Source of the DNA: Octopus sinensis
Lineage: Eukaryota
Reading direction: 5' to 3'
NCBI RefSeq assembly: GCF_006345805.1
Contig: NC_043022.1
Coordinates: forward strand, 24,180,001-24,244,000
DNA length: 64,000 nt
The notes beneath the pieces were generated by a model that saw nothing but the letters and a program-made list of their open reading frames with translations, was not told the DNA's origin and searched no databases. Positions 49,982 to 63,829 of the stretch are shown here, in pieces; position 1 is the stretch's first letter, and each line of letters opens with the position of its first letter. A program made the translations under genes and the position numbers.

Positions 49982-52388
49982 AACAACCATAATAACAATA
50001 ATGATAATAATGATAACAACAGCAGCAATAGTAATAAATCAAGATACTCTCCACAATACATTAGTGCTGAATGGTTGAGATCACTGGTGCATCAGCTGAT
50101 ATGGGAATCACAATACAACAGACATTGTCACAGCCCAAACAAAAGACACACAAATAAAATGTTAGTCTGCCATCATACAACTAATGATCTGATTCATGCA
50201 TAAGAAGCCGAGCAAACCTCGACACGCTTGTTTGACCTGTCCGAAATAGCAGCCTAATCCTCCTCAATTCACACCCTACTGTCTGAAAATAAGGGATTCA
50301 TTTATTAGACAATGTAGTCCCGGATAAAAATATGTCTTCTATCCTTTACTTGTTTTAATCATTGGAAGGAGGCAATGCTGAGGTACCAGCTTGAAAGGTT
50401 TTACTTGAACAGATCAACCCCACTAAATTATTTTGCAAAACTGGTACTTTTTCTATTGGTCTCCTTTGCCAAATCGCTAAGTTACGGGTACACAAACAAA
50501 CAAACATTGGATTGTCAAGTTGTGGTGAGGACAAACACACATATACACATACACAGCAGGGTTCCCATTTATCTAATCCACTCACAAGATTTTGGTTGGC
50601 CTGGGGCTATAGTAGAGCACTTGCCCAAGGTGCCACACAATGGAACTGAACTGGAACCATGAGGTTGGGAAGCAAACTTCTTACCACACAGCCATACCTT
50701 TGCCTATACTTATCTTTTATCTTTTACTTGTTTCAGCCATTTACTGTGACCATGCTGGGGCACTGCCCTAAAGGGTTTTTAGTTGAAGAAATTGACCCCA
50801 GGACTTATTCTTTGTAAGACTTGCACTTGCCAAACTGCTAAGTTACAGGGATATAAACACACCAACATTGGATGAGAAGCAATGGTGGGAGGACAAACAG
50901 AGACACAAAGGCACACACACACACACATACATATACATGATGTGCTTCTTTCAGTTTCCACCTACCAAATCCACTCACAAGGTTTTGGTTGACCCAAGGC
51001 TATAGTAGAAGGCACTTGCCCAAGGATGCATGCAGTAGGACTGAACCCAAGACCATGTGGTTGAGAAGCAAGCTTCTTACCATACACACACACACACATA
51101 CATATGAAACAGATGGGGCAGTTGTGGTTGGGATTTCTCTGACCAGTCAGCTGTTTTAGGGCTGACCTGTGGTCAAACAATATTTGATTCCTACAGATTC
51201 AGAATAATACTGGACAACCAATTTTAGAGACTGTAACCAGGAAACAGTCAATCAATCACAGCAATCCAGCCATAACCATCCCATCCTATCACTTTGTGTG
51301 TGTGTGTGTGTGTGTGTGTCTTTGATGTAGTATATTTCAGACTCCATTATTACACAAGATGTGACCAGCCTCATCTGGCACCTGTGCCGGTGGCACGTAA
51401 AATAGCACCATCCGATCGTGGCCATTGCCACGTAAAAAGCACCCACTACACTCATGGAGTGGTTGGCATTAGGAAGGGCATCCAGCCATAGAAACATTGC
51501 CAGATCAGCCTGGGCCTGGTGCAGCCTTCGGGTTTCCCAGACCCCAGTTGAACCGTCCAACCCATGCCAGCATGGAAAGCGGATGCTAAACGATGATGAT
51601 GATGATGATGATGATGTATAGTATGATTTAAAAGAGATTTGACTAATGCTTCTAGCAGGTTATGTAACTGCATAAGAGATTCCCTGTCGTTGGGGTTGAT
51701 GACCTGTAAGCTGTTTCATTGAGACAGCAGCTTCGAAGACCGAGACGAGTACAAACGGCCTCAGTTGCAACCGGGACGATCAGTGGATTAGCCGAAATTT
51801 CAGTTCCAAGGTTAAGCTGACAAGTAACTCTCAGATGGGTACGAAATAAACTGCACCAGATTTGCCTATAAGTGGCCTCTAGTGATGTGGACTTATTCAT
51901 AAGTACTAGTAGTGGCGAATAGGTTATACAATTGGCTCTCAGTGACATTAATAATGCAGTAGGCAACGACATTACCTCTACACAACCACCACCGCCACCA
52001 CCAGCACGAACTGAAGCAGTCGTTATTTTAAGTAGCTCCGGTAATCCTATCTTCTATTCAAAATAGAACAACAAAAGATTAAGTATTTTTATTTATATCC
52101 ATGTTAGAACACTTGATATTAATCCGGAGCTCAACTGATAATGCCTCCAGCAACCAGGGAGAGATACACACACACACACACGCACATATATATATACATG
52201 GACACACACACACATATACACAAATCTATGAACTTCAGTACATACATATACACACATATAAACATATATATATGTGTGTGTGTGTATATATATATACACA
52301 CACACACATATATATACATATATACACACACGCACAAATACACACATATTACGAACTTGTGTGTGGGTGTGTATGTATATATATATTT

Positions 52389-52429
<41 letters not shown>

Positions 52430-53574
52430 TGTATGGTTTTTCTTTGACAGCATCAACCAGCTAAGAATTAAGGGTGCTGCTTCTTCAAACCAGATGAAAG
52501 TGGAGAGACAGACAGACAGACAAATAAAGAGATATGGAAAGAGAGAGAAAAAGAGAAAGAGAGGAGATAAAGACAGAAACAGAAAGTGAAAGAGAGAAAC
52601 CGAAAGTGAGAGAAAGAGGGAGGGAAACAAAGAGGTACTCAAACCTGCTGTTGTTGCTGCTGCTGTTGGTGATGGAGGTGCTAGTCAGGCAAATTAAGTT
52701 TTAAATTGCAGCAATTCACACAAAGCAATCATTGAGATGCTAAAACAACACTGATGTCGAACACTTTAATTGCTGGAATATAATGAATTTAGCAACGCTA
52801 TCATTACAAGGCCGCTGAAGCTAAGCCAAGCTAGAAGGTGTTATAGACATCAAAGCAGATTCTAATCTACTTACACTAATCACCAGAGATCAGTTTTATT
52901 GAGAAAACAATCGGTTCTCCCCCCACCCCCACCACCACCACCACACTCCTTTTCCGTTTTTTCTTTCCTTCTTTCTTTCTTTCTCTTTCAAAGAACAAAT
53001 AGACACAACTGAATCGGGAGAACCTACAGCATATGCATATAAGTGCAGGTGTGGGTGCATAGTAAGAATTTAGAATTTACTTCCCAATTGCATGGTTCTG
53101 GGTTCAGCCCCACCCACCCTGCCCACTGTGTGGCACCTTGGGCAAGTGCCTTCTACTATAACCCCCACCCCCTCACCCGCACCAACCAAAATCTTGTGAG
53201 TGGATTTGGTAGGTAGAAACTAAAAGAAATATGCTGTGTATGTATGTATACAGATACATATTCACACACATGTACACATATACACACATACATATATGCA
53301 TATACATACAGACACATATATGTACATATTTATTTTTAGCTCCCTGCTGCTTTGCTTCTTTTTCTCCCCCCCCCCAAAAAAAAGAAACATCCAATTCGTA
53401 TAAATGAACAACAAAACGTTCTGTCTTCATTATTTTGACTTTGTCTTGATGAGTTCGTAAACAAACAAAAACGCTGATGAAGGATTATACAAAATTCTGA
53501 CTGCCTCCTTTTTCATAATATACAATATCTGTACACCACGTCAAACACTCTATACATATACATGTGTGTGCGTG

Positions 53575-53606
<32 letters not shown>

Positions 53607-53695
53607 GGAGAGTTTACGAAAAAAACAAAAGATGAAGACAGGTGGTGTACAAAACAAACAGATGTGTTAGTATAATGCTCAGGAATAGAAAAAGT

Positions 53696-53731
53696 CTTTT
53701 ATATTTCGAGCCTACGCTCTTCTACAGAAAG
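53696..53731 (-). ncRNA. Variant or degenerate minimal hammerhead motif
   Basis: CUUU-CUGUAGA-A-GAGC GUAG GCUC-GAAA-U-AUA^-AAAG; the core has a U at A6. Confidence 0.5.
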
Positions 53732-53944
53732 GGACACAGAAAAAACAAGGAGAGAAAAAAAAAATCTGTAGTGGCTAATGATCTCTCATGGCATTCAGAT
53801 TGCTCTGTCAAATATATTGCTTATTTATTCCCATTGTTTAGAATTAATCATGCATTATCCCATAGCTTTGAGATTTTGAGGACTTGGCTTGGCTTCATGC
53901 TCTTGCTTGGTGGGGTTGGGGTAATCCCAGGTTAATGGTCTCAG

Positions 53945-54100
53945 AGATATCATCATGCATAGAGCTGACCAGGTCCACTAGTGCTCTCCATCAATGGCAG
54001 TCCTGTGCCAGCCCCTCTGCGTCTTCCAAAATAACATCAAGCTCCTGGAGATCTTCCAGAATCATGTCCAACTATCTGGTGCGGGGCCAGTCACAAGGAC
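53945..54100 (+). mobile_element. Degenerate CR1-like RT fragment
   Basis: NNIKLLEIFQ..LVRG resembles the CR1 motif DIxxLExVQRRATKLVPG. Confidence 0.4.
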
Positions 54101-54149
54101 TCTTCCAACCCCCAACTGCTGTGTCGATGATTTTGTTGATGCAATTGTT

Positions 54150-54330
54150 TATTCAACTCAATTCAATTCAATTTTTATTGGCTCAAAAAGCAAAAGCAAG
54201 GCCATATAGGGGGACAGGGAGTTATGTACAGGGAGGGTGGTCATACAAAGAGTTCAGGCCATTTCTGGTCAAGAGAGACTTTGAACCGAGCGGTTGTTGG
54301 CATCTTCACTATCTCGTCTGGCAGCTTATT
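54150..54330 (-). mobile_element. CR1/L2-type LINE 3' end
   Basis: Minus strand NKLPDEIVKMPTTARFKVSLDQKW resembles the CR1 C-terminal WNxLP..FKxxLD motif. Followed by an AATAAA and (ATTGA)n tail. Confidence 0.7.
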
Positions 54331-56252
54331 TTTAGAATGACATTGTAGGGTAGGTTTGAGGGGCCAGATCTGGTTGTTTTGAACACAAAACAAGCAGAAT
54401 GTCTTGGGCTCAATATACGGCCAGTTTAAATGTTAAAGGGGTTCAGACATCTATGGAAGGGGTTTAGCTGAAAGTAGGAAAGAGATGAAAGAGGAGGGAG
54501 AAGGGAGAGAGTATGGTGTGAGAGAGAGAGAGAAGAAGAGAGAAGAAAGTGGATATATGTAGAAAGACTGTATACAATGGAAGTAATTAGCGTTAACAAA
54601 GACAAATGAGAAGCATTTGCTAGCAAGGGTTTCCTTTCTTCTTTACATTAATTAAAGAAGAGGAGGTGGGTGAGTTTCTTTACTTCTTTATATTAATTAG
54701 TGAGGAAGAGGAGGAAGTCTCCTTTCTTCTTTCTATTAATTAGTAAGACAGAAGAAAAGGAGAGAATAGTACTTGTGACCTCTATAGTAGCCTTATAGGT
54801 CAATGTGGGTGGCAATGGGGTTGGGTTTGAATTTCAGTGGCCTGCATTGTGGTGGGGAGGAAGGGCTGGGTTTGGGTGAGAATTAGACATCATAAGGATG
54901 ATGAGAGGATGCACAGGATGGTCAAGGAGAGAGAGGGAGAGGGGAGGGGTTGGTAGGCATCTTGCTAGTTCAGAAGAGCAGAGGCTGCTCTAGTAATGAC
55001 AGAAGAGGCAAAGAGAAGACTACAACAGGTCAGTTGTCCAGCAGTTATAATGTGTCCAAGAGTGAGTCTTTTGCCAATCAATTACTCTTTTACTCTTTTA
55101 CTTGTTTCAGTCATTTGACTGTGGCCATGCTGGAGCACCGCCTTTTTTGAATGACTTTTTTTTTTTTAAGTGATCCAGAACAGTGATTCTTACACTGACC
55201 AAAACCAAGCACCACCTACCACCAAAGTAAATAAAATCAAATAAATATGGCAATGGTGTGGTAAGAAGTTTATTTCCCAACCACATGAAACTTTAAGCTG
55301 TGTATTGTTTGGTATAAGACAAAATCACTTCTTTTGCAAAGTCAATGCAGTATAAAACCAAATCCTATGCACGGTCGGTGTGACGTAAAAGTTTCATGAA
55401 GAAGGTAAGTGTAAGACAAGACAAGACCGGTTCCTTTGGAAGGTCAGTGTAATACAAGACCGTTTCCTCTGAGACATGTGGCAGTGACAAAATAAAGATG
55501 CTAATATTTAATAGCCAGCTGTATGCGTTTCTTGCAAATAACCATAAATCAACAGCTAAAGAGGCAAGTAGATTACATTGAGTAGTTGATGGTGGTTTAA
55601 TATCTAAGGTCAGCAGCTGGTATATATAGGAGAGAGAGAGACAGAGAGAGAAAGTGTGTGTGTGGAGATACATGTATCTGAATGTGTGTATAATGTTTAT
55701 CTTTATTTTCTGCTACATGCTTCAGTCACTGAACTGTGGCCATGCTGGAGCACTGCCTTGAAAGATTTCAGTCAAACACATCGACCCCAATACTTATTTT
55801 TTTCTTTAAAGTCTGAGATCTATCAGTCAGATATATATATATATATATATATATAATAGGTGAAACTACATGCATTTTCGACCTCGTGCTGATATCTGGC
55901 GTGTAGTTCTACAAATTATATCTTGCAAAGAGGATCACACTGAAGATCTACAGATAAGTTGTGTAAGTAAAATTACGTAATTTATTGATAGTGAAACAAT
56001 TGTTTGTGATTAATCTATATTTTTGTTATTTTTCATTTGTCTTGCTCGCTTACGTTTTCTGGTGCTAACTTTTCTGGAGACCAATCCTTAGTGGTTGGGA
56101 CCTATGCGGAACTCTTTCTAGCGTAAGGGCTTCCACATATTTGTTCTCTCTTATATTTATGTGTGTATATATATATACTTTTATTCTTTAACATGTTTCA
56201 GCGCTAAGGCTGTACACACACACACACACACTATTTTGTAAAGTCAGGCTCT

Positions 56253-56354
56253 TGCTACTCTGAGTTTTACTTGTGGGTGCATCAGAATCTTCAGTCAAGT
56301 TATGACTATATGCCTGAAGATTCTGTGCACACACAGGTAAAATTCAGAGCGGCA
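56253..56354 (+). ncRNA. Pre-miRNA-like long hairpin
   Basis: Arms 56258-56294 and 56314-56349 pair almost fully, and the stem extends to 56253/56354. Loop 19 nt. Confidence 0.5.
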
Positions 56355-56892
56355 CAGGTCTAACTCCACCCAAATAAAGTATATTTATTTCTTTACTACT
56401 CACAAGGGGCTAAACACAGAGGGGACAAACAAGGACAGACAAAGGGATTAAGTCGATTACATCGACCCCAGTGCGTAACTGGTACTTAATTTATCGACCC
56501 CAAAAGGATGACAGGCAAAGTCGACCTCCACGAAAGTATATTATTTATCTCTTTTTGATACTGAGATCCTTTTTTTTTTTTTCCCCTGACAGTCTGCATT
56601 AAACAGATACAAGTATTCCCATACACATACCTATATTGAAAAACAAGAGTCAGGCAGGCAGAGTTTGGCTCCAGAAAAACAGCTGAGGTTAAGTAAGCAG
56701 CTTGTAGCAAAATACCTCTTTTCCCACATCGCTTGTGATTCTCTCCCTAAAAATTGTTGACATTATAATGAAAGACTGGTGAGAAATTCTAGTAATTTGG
56801 TAATGTTATGCATAACACCTCATTACAACTACCTTCACAAGCCCACCCCACTTACAGAGAAATGGTTAGGTAGGTAGGCAGTAAGAATTATA

Positions 56893-57418
<526 letters not shown>

Positions 57419-58635
57419 CACTCCTTCTCCCTTTGCCAGAACACACATACAATGTACCATGTATACAAGTGGCACTTTCACAAGACCTCTGAAATATGCC
57501 GAGAAGGATGCAAGAGAGAGGTTGCACTACTGTTCTGTAAGGGCACCGCTGTCTTTTATGGCATACTAATATTAATGAAGAATGCAAGACACTCAAGAAA
57601 GATGTGGGCAATGCGAACGGAGATGGGGTTGGTAGGATGGTGATGTCAGCACTGATGAAACGTGAACCTATAATTCATTCAAATAGACTGCATTAAGAGG
57701 GTTGTATATAGTGAGCAACACAACACAGAGGACTAAGGACCGAGCTCTTTTCCTCTTCAGCCAAGCCTTCATCAATTACTTCAAGTACCACTTAAAGAGG
57801 AAAATGAGAAGACTAGAGAGCATGGCTTGTGTGAATTGAATGGGGGGGGGGCTGCTCTGAATATAAGCCTGAAGGTCATGAGACCATACTTTGGTAGTGA
57901 GGGCAGTCTGGGATATACAAAACATACGGTTGTTCCCTGACTGAGTACAAGATGTTTCCTGATTAGGCCTATTTTCGTCTATTGTAATAGTTTCTATTGG
58001 TAATTTTTCAGTTTGATTTTCCACAATCAATATAACTCAAACAAACACTGCCTTTGTATTATTTGTTGTTGTTGTTTGTTCCTTCTCGAGCCATGCCTGG
58101 CTCATAAGGGCCGGTTTCCCGGTTTCTTGGTGTATAGGTTCCCCACCTGGACGGGACGCCAGTCCATCGTTGTTGCAGGAGGAAAGAATGAGAGAAAGTT
58201 GTGGCGGAAGAGTCAGCAGAAGTTTGCTATTACCTTCTGCCAGAGCAGCGTGGAGCTTAGGTGCTTCGCTCATAAACACACACATCGCCCGGTCTGAGAT
58301 TTGAACTCGCGATCCCTCGACCGCGAGTCCGCTGCTCCACTAGGTCATGTGCCTCCACCGTTTGTGCTATTTGCCATTGTAATGTCCTCCAACCCACACT
58401 TTTATTTCACTAAAATAAACCATCATCATTATGATTATTCTTCTTATTATTATTATTATTACTACGGTGGCAAGCTGACAGAATCATTAGCATGCCAGGT
58501 GAAATGCTTAGTGGCATTTCATCTGTCTCAATACTCTGAGTTCAAATTCTGGGGTTGACTTAGCCTTTCATCCTTCCAGGCTCAATAAAGTAAGTATCAG
58601 TTGAGCACCGGGGTCCATGTTATTGACTAGGTCCC

Positions 58636-59126
58636 GGATCTTTTCGGTTTGAACGGCAGTTTTTTCTAGCGGTGTCATATGAAATTATCACCCATAATTA
58701 TGACCCTAGTATCGGTCTATTGCATTTCAATCTGTTTTAGGGTTAGGGTGGGGGGAGGGTATCTTTTTTTCTTCACAAATGTAAATAAACCCAATCTGTT
58801 TCTTAAACGAGGGACATATTCATATGGCACAGAATATTTTTTTTTACCTCAATAGACGTCATTAATTGGTTGAAATTGCAGAAATTGAAGAAAAAAACAA
58901 CAACAAATATCTTACAAACCATAGAATTTTCTCAATGAAGCCAAGAGAAAAAGATGTTTTATAAACACATTCTACCAGTATACGAAGTTTAAAAGTGTTT
59001 AGTTACTCTCTTTTACTCTTTTACTCTTTTACTTGTTTCAGTCATTTGACTGTGGCCATGCTGGAGCACCGCCTTTAGTTACATGGAAATTATTTTAAAA
59101 AACTGCCGTTCAAACCGAAAAGATCC
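58636..59126 (+). mobile_element. MITE with GGATCTTTTCGGTTTGAACGGCAG TIRs (Merlin-like); carries a nested SINE tail at about 59005-59080
   Basis: 24-bp TIRs and a perfect 9-bp TSD, ctaggtccc. GG-starting TIRs with 8-9 bp TSDs match the Merlin superfamily. Confidence 0.75.
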
Positions 59127-59356
59127 CTAGGTCCCTCCCCCATAATTTCAGGCCTTGTACTTATAACAGAAAGGAAAAGGGTTACCACAATTATCATTAC
59201 TGACTGTAACCATGCTCTCCCAAAATAGTGAATTCATGCCTCAGTTAGAAACCCTTCACGGACTGGCAAAATTGCTAGAGCAGCTGATAAAGAAAACATA
59301 TCATGAAAAGATGATACTTGATTAATTCAAAACAATGTGAATAAATAACCATTATA

Positions 59357-59776
59357 GGATCTTTTCGGTTTGAACGGCAATTTTTAACATAATTTCTAGG
59401 TAACTAAAAAATTTTAAACTTCGTATACTGGTAGAATGTGTTACATAAAACATCTTTTTCTCTTGGCTTTATTGAGAAAATTCTATAGTTTGTAAGATAT
59501 TTGTTTTTTTTTTATTCAATTTCTGCAATTTCAACCAATCAGTGACGTCTATTGAGGTGAAAAAAATCATTCTGTGCCGTATGAATATGTCCCTCGTTTA
59601 AGAAACAGATTGGGTTTATTTACATTTCTGAAGAAAAAAAGATGCCCTTCCCTCCACCCCTAACCCTAACCCTAAAAGAGATTGAAATGCAATAGATCGA
59701 TACTAGGGTCATAATTATGGGTGACAATTTCATATGACACCGCTAGAAAAAAACTGTGTTCAAACCGAAAAGATCC
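59357..59776 (-). mobile_element. Same Merlin-like MITE, inverted relative to the 58636 copy
   Basis: Same TIRs; internal sequence reversed; no clear TSD. Confidence 0.8.
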
Positions 59777-60816
59777 AAATAAAGTACCAACTAACTACAA
59801 CTGAGTGTTTCACACTGTGGTCTTATTGAAGCCCATGTAAGGGTGAACTGTTATAAGGACAAGGACAGAGGTCAGTGAGGGTTTTGCACTGGGAGTATTA
59901 AGTCCTCCTGAGTGTATAACATTAAGGGGGGAGATCTGAGATGGATGTCAGTGTGGGCTATTATAGGAAATGGGACGAAGGTCAAATTACTGAAGGTTTT
60001 ACACTTGGGGATTTACTAAGTCCAAATCAATGAAGGTCATTATAAGAAATAATTGGGACAGAGGTCAGCAGATCATTTTAAAGTTCAGAAAAGTTAGATA
60101 AATTAATGAGTACACCAGGGGCAGAGAAAGGTAATTATTTAGGTTAATGGGAGAACTGGGAGAGAAAACTAGGGCAGAAATATGTCAGTGAGGACAGTGT
60201 GTTCTGTACTACTTAGTGTAAAGGGTTGTTTGGGTGCCAGTAGGTATGTAGGGTAGGTAGTGTACAGAAGTGGGTAGGTAGGTAGTTGGAAAGACAGCTG
60301 TGCAGAGAAAACATTAGTTTTTAGCTTTTCAATGAATATGAAAGAAGCAGAAAAAAAGGAGGGGGGGGCATGTTGACAATGATGATGATGATGATGATGA
60401 TGATGGAAATGATGGCAGGGGATGAGGGGGGGACACAGAGCTGATTGTCAGCTGGGAGTGGGTAATAAGTGGAAGAGAGAGACCACAGAGACTCCCACAG
60501 CAGGCAACACTACAGGGTTACAGAGCTGATGAATGAATAAGTGAGTGAGTGAAGATTACCATAATAGCAAAGATGATGAGGGTGATGATGACAGCAGAGC
60601 TGGCAGGAATTTCTGTAGAACGTTATATTTCAACAAATCTGTCAGTTTCTTGTATTAAGGAATATCTAACTCCACAAACTAATAAATATTCTGGATGCTT
60701 TTTTTCTTCTTTCTCTCCACCAATCTACAGGCATTAGACATACATAAGCATGTATGTTAAGTATGTACATACATATATACATAATACATTACATTGTATT
60801 TCGGGAGGTTCATTCT

Positions 60817-61218
60817 CTCTTTTACTCTTTTACTTGTTTCAGTCATTTGACTGCGGCCATGCTGGGGCACCGCCTTTAATCGAGCAACTTGACCCCAGGA
60901 CTTATTCTTTTGTAAGCCCAGTACTTATTCTATTGGTCTCTTTTGCCGAACCGCTAAGTGACGGGGATGTAAACACACCAGCATCGGTTGTCAAGCAATG
61001 CTAGGGGGACAAACACAGACACACACACATACATACACACATATACATATATATACGACAGGCTTCTTTCAGTTTCCGTCTACCAAATCCACTCACAAGG
61101 CTTTGGTCGGCCCGGGGCTATAGCAGAAGACACTTGCCCAAGATGCCACGCAGTGGGACTGAACCCGGAACCATGTGGTTGGTTAGCAAGCTACTTACCA
61201 CACAGCCACTCCTGCGCC
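60817..61218 (-). mobile_element. Full-length tRNA-derived CORE-type SINE (family A) with a 43-bp TSD
   Basis: tRNA-like head, CORE-like cttgggcaagtgtc, internal TA/TG microsatellite and (GAGTAAAA)n tail. Direct repeat at 60774-60816 and 61219-61261. Confidence 0.9.
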
Positions 61219-61720
61219 TATATACATAATACATTACATTGTATTTTGGGAGGTTCATTCTGCCTATAAAAACAGACATCGGTTGTCTTTATTATTAATT
61301 AATTAATCAATAATAACCCAAGTGCATGCATGGACGTGCGTACACGTGTGTGTGTAAAAACGCTGGAATCGAGCACAAATACTTTGCAAAACTACATTGC
61401 AGTGGTTGGGTCCGTTATATGAGATGATTTGGAGGGGAGGGAGCAGACATAAATGATGTGTGTGCATGTGTCTGAGTATACATTTACTTACACACACACA
61501 TACAGAAATGTATGTGTGTCATACAGAGATGTATGTGTGTGTGTGTGTATATATATATATACACATACATACATATATATATAGATACACACACACACAC
61601 ACATATATAGATACACACACACAACATATATATATATATATACAGACATATATTAGATATAGTATATATATATATATATAGATACACATATATATATAAC
61701 ATACATATATATATAGATAC

Positions 61721-61753
<33 letters not shown>

Positions 61754-62559
61754 TATATATAGATTAAACATATATATATATATATATATATAGGTAGATA
61801 CATATATATATACACATACATACACACACACACATATATATATAGTATCAACAGCTGAGATATCTTTTTTGATAGTAAGACTTCCTAAGAGCTTTGAGTA
61901 CTTGAAATAATCAAGTAGTAGTAATAGTAGTAGTAGTACTAATAATAATAATAGATGTATTAGCTGATTAAAAATACCAACACAGATCAAAAACAAATGC
62001 TATTTGTCTATGCTCAAAACAGGAACTGGAGTGGTGAGCTGTAAACACAATTTAAAAAAAACAAAAATGAGTACCTCCTCTTCAGCTTAAGTGGAAGCAG
62101 AGGGCAGGGGTGGGTGGGAAGGAGTAACATGGAGTACAGAAGGAAGAGGCAAGATTTTGCACTGGGAAATAAATGATTTTAGTTCTATATGCACCAAAGG
62201 CGGTTTACTGGAAGGGAAGGGGACGGAGGGAGTGGGGCTGCAGTGAGTTTTGGTAAAGAATTAAGTCAAAACAAAGAAAAAAAAACCAAATTAAAATTCT
62301 TTGATTAGGGTCTTAATTTAGATGACCTTTGCATAACTCTAGCATTTATACAAGACATTTCAGGCCCAAATGTTCCACATGTTCTATACTCAAATTGGCT
62401 AGATCAGGCCTCTTACATCTACCTACAATATCATTCTAAAAGTATACGATGACATCATTGAAATCTCAGAGCTACAAGATAGTGCATGATTAATTGAGAA
62501 CAATCGTTTATCTTTCACTTGTTTTGGTCATTGGACTGCGGCCTTGTGTCACATTTAGG

Positions 62560-62940
62560 GGCTGAGGTTGTGATGATCTTCACACAGTTAAGGGGCTGAG
62601 GTTGTGAATGCCAGATAGTTAGGGGCTGGAGGTTGTGATCTCCATACAGTTGGGGCATGAGGGTGGTGAGCTGTGCAGATAGTGGACTAAGGTTGACAGC
62701 TGCACATGGTTTGGGGCTGAGGTCGAAAGCTACACATACAGATCGAGGTTGAGGTTGAGGGATCCACACACAGATTGAGGTCGAGGTTGAAGGGGTCCAC
62801 AGACAGATTTAGGTCAAGGGCCATACACAGATTAAAGTGAAGATCAAGTGATCGACACAGAATGAAGTCACAGTCAAGGGGTCCACACACAGACTGAGAT
62901 CAAGGTCAAAGGAACCACAAAGAGATTGGGGTCAAGCTCA
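62560..62940. repeat. Degenerate tandem repeats (ggggctgaggttg and cacacagattgaggtc units)
   Basis: Direct inspection. Confidence 0.7.
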
Positions 62941-63358
62941 AGCGGTTCATACACTGACTGCAGCCAAGAGCTCAGCATATGCAACGAATAGTAATAAATG
63001 TGCATATCTGACTGGGCATCAAAATAATCTGAATGCGAACAGTCTACAACAAACTGGCCACTGAAATGTAATAAATGACAGAGATAAAGAATCTAGGAAT
63101 GTCTACATTGGCAGACCTAGACAACCTAAGAAAATGTAAAGAAAAGAAAATTCAAATAAAGCCGCTTGTCAGAAGCCAGACATAATTTGTTGTCGCTAAT
63201 TAAACATCAATCCTTTGACAGAACAAAGCCATAGGGTCTTTGTAATTGAATTGAAAAAGCTTTTAAATGAAGACTTAGCTAAACATTTGGTAGATAATAA
63301 TATCTAAAATATTGCCTGCAGCTGTAACTTAATAACTAATAACTAATATAAGTATATA

Positions 63359-63396
<38 letters not shown>

Positions 63397-63798
63397 ACTA
63401 TATATATATAATTATATATATATTTAGAGAGAGAGAGAGAGAGAGGTGGGAGTGAGACAGGAGGGAAAGAAAGAGAGAGAATGATGAGTGTGTGAGCGTG
63501 TGTCTGTTTATGCATATATACTTATATACACACAACATATATGCACTTACATAGATAGATATGGTGTATAATATATATATATATATCTTTACGCACACAT
63601 ATACATGTATATATGCGGGTATATGTGTGTATGTGTGTGTATATATATATATATATTTATACATACATATACACATGTATATATGCGGGTGTATGTGTGT
63701 ATGTGTATATATATATTTACACATACATATACACATGTATATATGCAGGTGTATGTGTGTGTATATATATATAGATATATATATATAGATATATATAT

Positions 63799-63829
<31 letters not shown>

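Noticed and set aside
53473-53500. CTGATGA core resembling a hammerhead
   Set aside because: No closed stem II and no GAAA element.
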